Origin: an uncultured Candidatus Hydrogenedens sp.
GTDB lineage: Bacteria > Desulfobacterota_D > UBA1144
NCBI GenBank assembly: GCA_902609885.1
Contig: CACLTT010000001.1
Span: 92,170-156,169, forward strand
DNA: 64,000 bases
Direction of reading: 5' to 3'
Shown piece by piece: positions 61,605 through 64,000 of this stretch (position 1 is the first letter of the stretch; every line of letters begins with the position of its first letter). The notes beneath the pieces were generated by a model, which was given only the letters and a program-made list of their open reading frames with translations, was not told the DNA's origin and did not search any database. The position numbers and the translations under genes are program-made.

Positions 61605-62518
61605 ACTCCTCCGCTTAAATATCTATATCCACCATCTGGGATAACACATACAATATTTGCAACATCAGTTTTTTTGAGTTCTTCAAGAGCAGCTAAAACT
61701 ACAGCTCCACCTGAATGTCCAACAAACATACCCTCAAGTTTTACTAGATCTTCCATGATTTCATATGATTTTTCAGTATTTGCCCAATAAGTTAAGTCAA
61801 TACAGTTATCAGTATATATTCCAGGGATTATCGAAGTAGGGATATGCTTAAGACCCTCAAGACCATGAAGAGAGCTATCTGGTTGGACAGCAATAACTTT
61901 TATATTAGGATTTTTTTCTTTTAGAAATTTAGAGGTTCCCGTAACAGTTCCACTAGTCCCAATACCAGCTACAAAATGTGTAATATCTCCGTTCATTTGC
62001 TCCCAGATTTCTGGACCAGTAGTATTATAATGTGCTATAGGATTAGCAGGATTATTATACTGATCTGGCATAAAATATTTATCTGAATATTTTTTTGCAA
62101 GCTTTCTAGCTTCTAGTATTGCTCCATCGGAACCTTCAAATGGACTAGAAAAAATAATTTTTGCCCCGTATGCCTCAAGTGTTTTTTTTCTTTCAATGTT
62201 GATATTCTCTGGTGTTACAAGTTCCACTTTAAATCCCAGTGCTGATCCTATCATCGCATATGCTATAGCAGTATTTCCAGAAGAAGAATCCATTATAGTT
62301 TTTTTATAATTTAATTTCTTATCTTTTATTCCATTTTCAATCATGGAAAGTGCTGCACGATCTTTTATTGAGCCGCCTGGATTAAACCATTCTGCTTTTA
62401 TATAAATTTTTTTATCTGGTGACAAATCCTTAAATCCAGAAAGTTTAATCATTGGAGTTTCCCCGATTATATCAACAATTGAGTCAATATTTGCGAGTTC
62501 ATTTGATATTTTGCTCAT
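61595..62518 (-). CDS. cysM: PLP-dependent cysteine synthase (CysM/CysK family)
   Basis: NPGGSIKDR PLP-Lys, SSGNT, QYNNPAN, GIGTSGT, PDGGYRYLS. Confidence 0.85.
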   Translation of the reverse strand: MSKISNELANIDSIVDIIGETPMIKLSGFKDLSPDKKIYIKAEWFNPGGSIKDRAALSMIENGIKDKKLNYKKTIMDSSSGNTAIAYAMIGSALGFKVELVTPENINIERKKTLEAYGAKIIFSSPFEGSDGAILEARKLAKKYSDKYFMPDQYNNPANPIAHYNTTGPEIWEQMNGDITHFVAGIGTSGTVTGTSKFLKEKNPNIKVIAVQPDSSLHGLEGLKHIPTSIIPGIYTDNCIDLTYWANTEKSYEIMEDLVKLEGMFVGHSGGAVVLAALEELKKTDVANIVCVIPDGGYRYLSGGVWW

Positions 62519-62551
62519 TGAAATTAAATTTAACACATTCTGAGGAATGTA

Positions 62552-63253
62552 TTAATAATTATGATAATTGATAATTGATTTAAAGAATCTGATTCCGTCT
62601 ATATTATTAAATACTTTTTCGCTAACTCTTTCAGGGTGGGGCATTAACCCAACAACATTTCCTTCTTTATTAGTAACTCCAGCTATATTTAATAATGAGC
62701 CATTCGGATTAGACTTTTTTGTAATATCTCCATTTTCACTACAATATGAAAAAATTATTTGATCATTATCTTTCAAACTTTTCAATATTTTTTTATCCAC
62801 ATAATAGTTCCCTTCAGCATGTGCAATAGGTATTCTAATGACCTCATTACTGCTATATAAATTAGTAAATCTAGAATTGTTGTTAACCTTTAAATTTATA
62901 TCTTTACATATAAATTTAAGATTTGTATTTCTAATGAGAGTTCCTGGAAGCAATTTTAGTTCAGTTAATATCTGAAAGCCATTACAAATCCCTATTATAG
63001 ATCCACCTTGATTTGCAAATCTTATCAAAGCTTTAGAAATTCTACTTTGAGACGCAATTGAACCTGTCCTTAGATAATCACCATATGAAAACCCACCTGG
63101 AACAACAACGCAATCAACTTTTGAAATCGATGTTTCATTATGCCAAATTACTTTGCAATTTTGCTTTAGCACCTTACTTATTACATGAAAACAGTCACGT
63201 TCGCAGTTTGTGCCAGGAAAATTTAATATTGCAAAATTAATTTTTTTCATCAT
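62552..63253 (-). CDS. purQ: Phosphoribosylformylglycinamidine synthase glutaminase subunit
   Basis: FPGTNC, PGGFSYGDYLR, GICNGFQ, MPHPER. Confidence 0.97.
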   Translation of the reverse strand: MMKKINFAILNFPGTNCERDCFHVISKVLKQNCKVIWHNETSISKVDCVVVPGGFSYGDYLRTGSIASQSRISKALIRFANQGGSIIGICNGFQILTELKLLPGTLIRNTNLKFICKDINLKVNNNSRFTNLYSSNEVIRIPIAHAEGNYYVDKKILKSLKDNDQIIFSYCSENGDITKKSNPNGSLLNIAGVTNKEGNVVGLMPHPERVSEKVFNNIDGIRFFKSIINYHNY

Positions 63254-63497
63254 TTATTTTAAAAGTATATTTTTCAATCACTTCGTTTACTAAAAGTTTT
63301 TTACATAATTGAATAACAATTTGAGAGCATTTCTTTTTATTGGCTGCTTTTATTTTAAAAGTTATTTTTTTTCCAACTTTGAATTCTGTAGCATCTAAAT
63401 TGGATATATTTTTAAGAGAATTTTCAATAGCTTCTCCTTGTGGGTCAAGAACGCTACCTATAGGCATTATATTTAAATCGATTGTAAATTTAGGCAT
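63237..63497 (-). CDS. purS: Phosphoribosylformylglycinamidine synthase subunit PurS
   Basis: VLDPQG, GK, LLVNEVIE; directly before purQ. Confidence 0.93.
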   Translation of the reverse strand: MPKFTIDLNIMPIGSVLDPQGEAIENSLKNISNLDATEFKVGKKITFKIKAANKKKCSQIVIQLCKKLLVNEVIEKYTFKINDEKN

Positions 63498-64000
63498 TTT
63501 TTTTGAAAAATTTAATTAAATTATTTAGCTCCTCCATACTGTCATATCTTATTTCAACTTTACCCTTATTTCCATTACCTTTCACTTTAATGATTAAACC
63601 CATCTGGAGTTCCATTTCTTTTTTTAGATTATCTAGATACATATCATTATTATCAGAAGTATTAGAGTTTTTCTTATTTTTTTGGGTCTTTGCTATTTTT
63701 TCAATATCTCTAACACTTAGATTTTTCATAATTATTTGCTCTGCAATTTTTATTATTTCATTCTCACTACCTAGTGCTAAGAGAGCTATTGCATGACCTC
63801 TGGATATTTTTCCTTCTATTATCGAATTAAGAACCTTTTTTGGTAATTCTAATATTCGCAAGGTATTACTGATACTAGCTCTTTTTTTACCAGTGACTTT
63901 TATTAATTGTTCATTAGAAAAATTATATTTTTCTATTAAATCTTTTATAGCCATTGCAGCCTCAACTGGATTTAAGTTTTCTCTTTGAATATTTTCAACT
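63490..64000 (-). CDS. parB: ParB/Spo0J chromosome partitioning protein (5' part outside the window)
   Basis: Frame open to the window edge: VENIQRENLNPVE, HTH GKKRASISNTLR, GHAIALL, LSVR. Confidence 0.92.
   Translation of the reverse strand, partial: VENIQRENLNPVEAAMAIKDLIEKYNFSNEQLIKVTGKKRASISNTLRILELPKKVLNSIIEGKISRGHAIALLALGSENEIIKIAEQIIMKNLSVRDIEKIAKTQKNKKNSNTSDNNDMYLDNLKKEMELQMGLIIKVKGNGNKGKVEIRYDSMEELNNLIKFFKKNA

Overview
Strongly AT-rich, very gene-dense bacterial chromosome segment made almost entirely of core housekeeping genes: about 63 CDS, 6 tRNAs and a stand-alone 5S rRNA. I see no CRISPR array, transposase, integrase or prophage. The gene orders nnr-tsaE-lysC-cimA, ilvB-ilvN-ilvC-psd-pssA, tRNA-Leu-tig-clpP-clpX-lon, rpoN-ptsN-hprK-EIIA, rpsU-dnaG-rpoD and merR-tRNA-Pro-surE are deltaproteobacteria-like. 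With the low GC and minimal spacers they suggest a streamlined lineage such as marine Candidatus Dadabacteria (inference, not verified). No clear large novel system is present. The best leads are: (1) an IlvB whose N-terminal catalytic half-site is intact while the FAD- and ThDP-binding motifs are selectively erased, consistent with a split or heterodimeric acetohydroxyacid synthase; (2) a reduced rpoN/PTS operon with a catalytic-domain-only HprK and an unknown 107-aa gene coupled to a HAD phosphatase; (3) an orphan 5S rRNA between rpoD and purN; (4) rnhB with no canonical start codon; (5) a tRNA methyltransferase CDS that ends antisense inside the tRNA-Arg anticodon loop; (6) an orphan crotonyl-CoA carboxylase/reductase, and a CysM-Mec pair with no sulfur carrier gene nearby.
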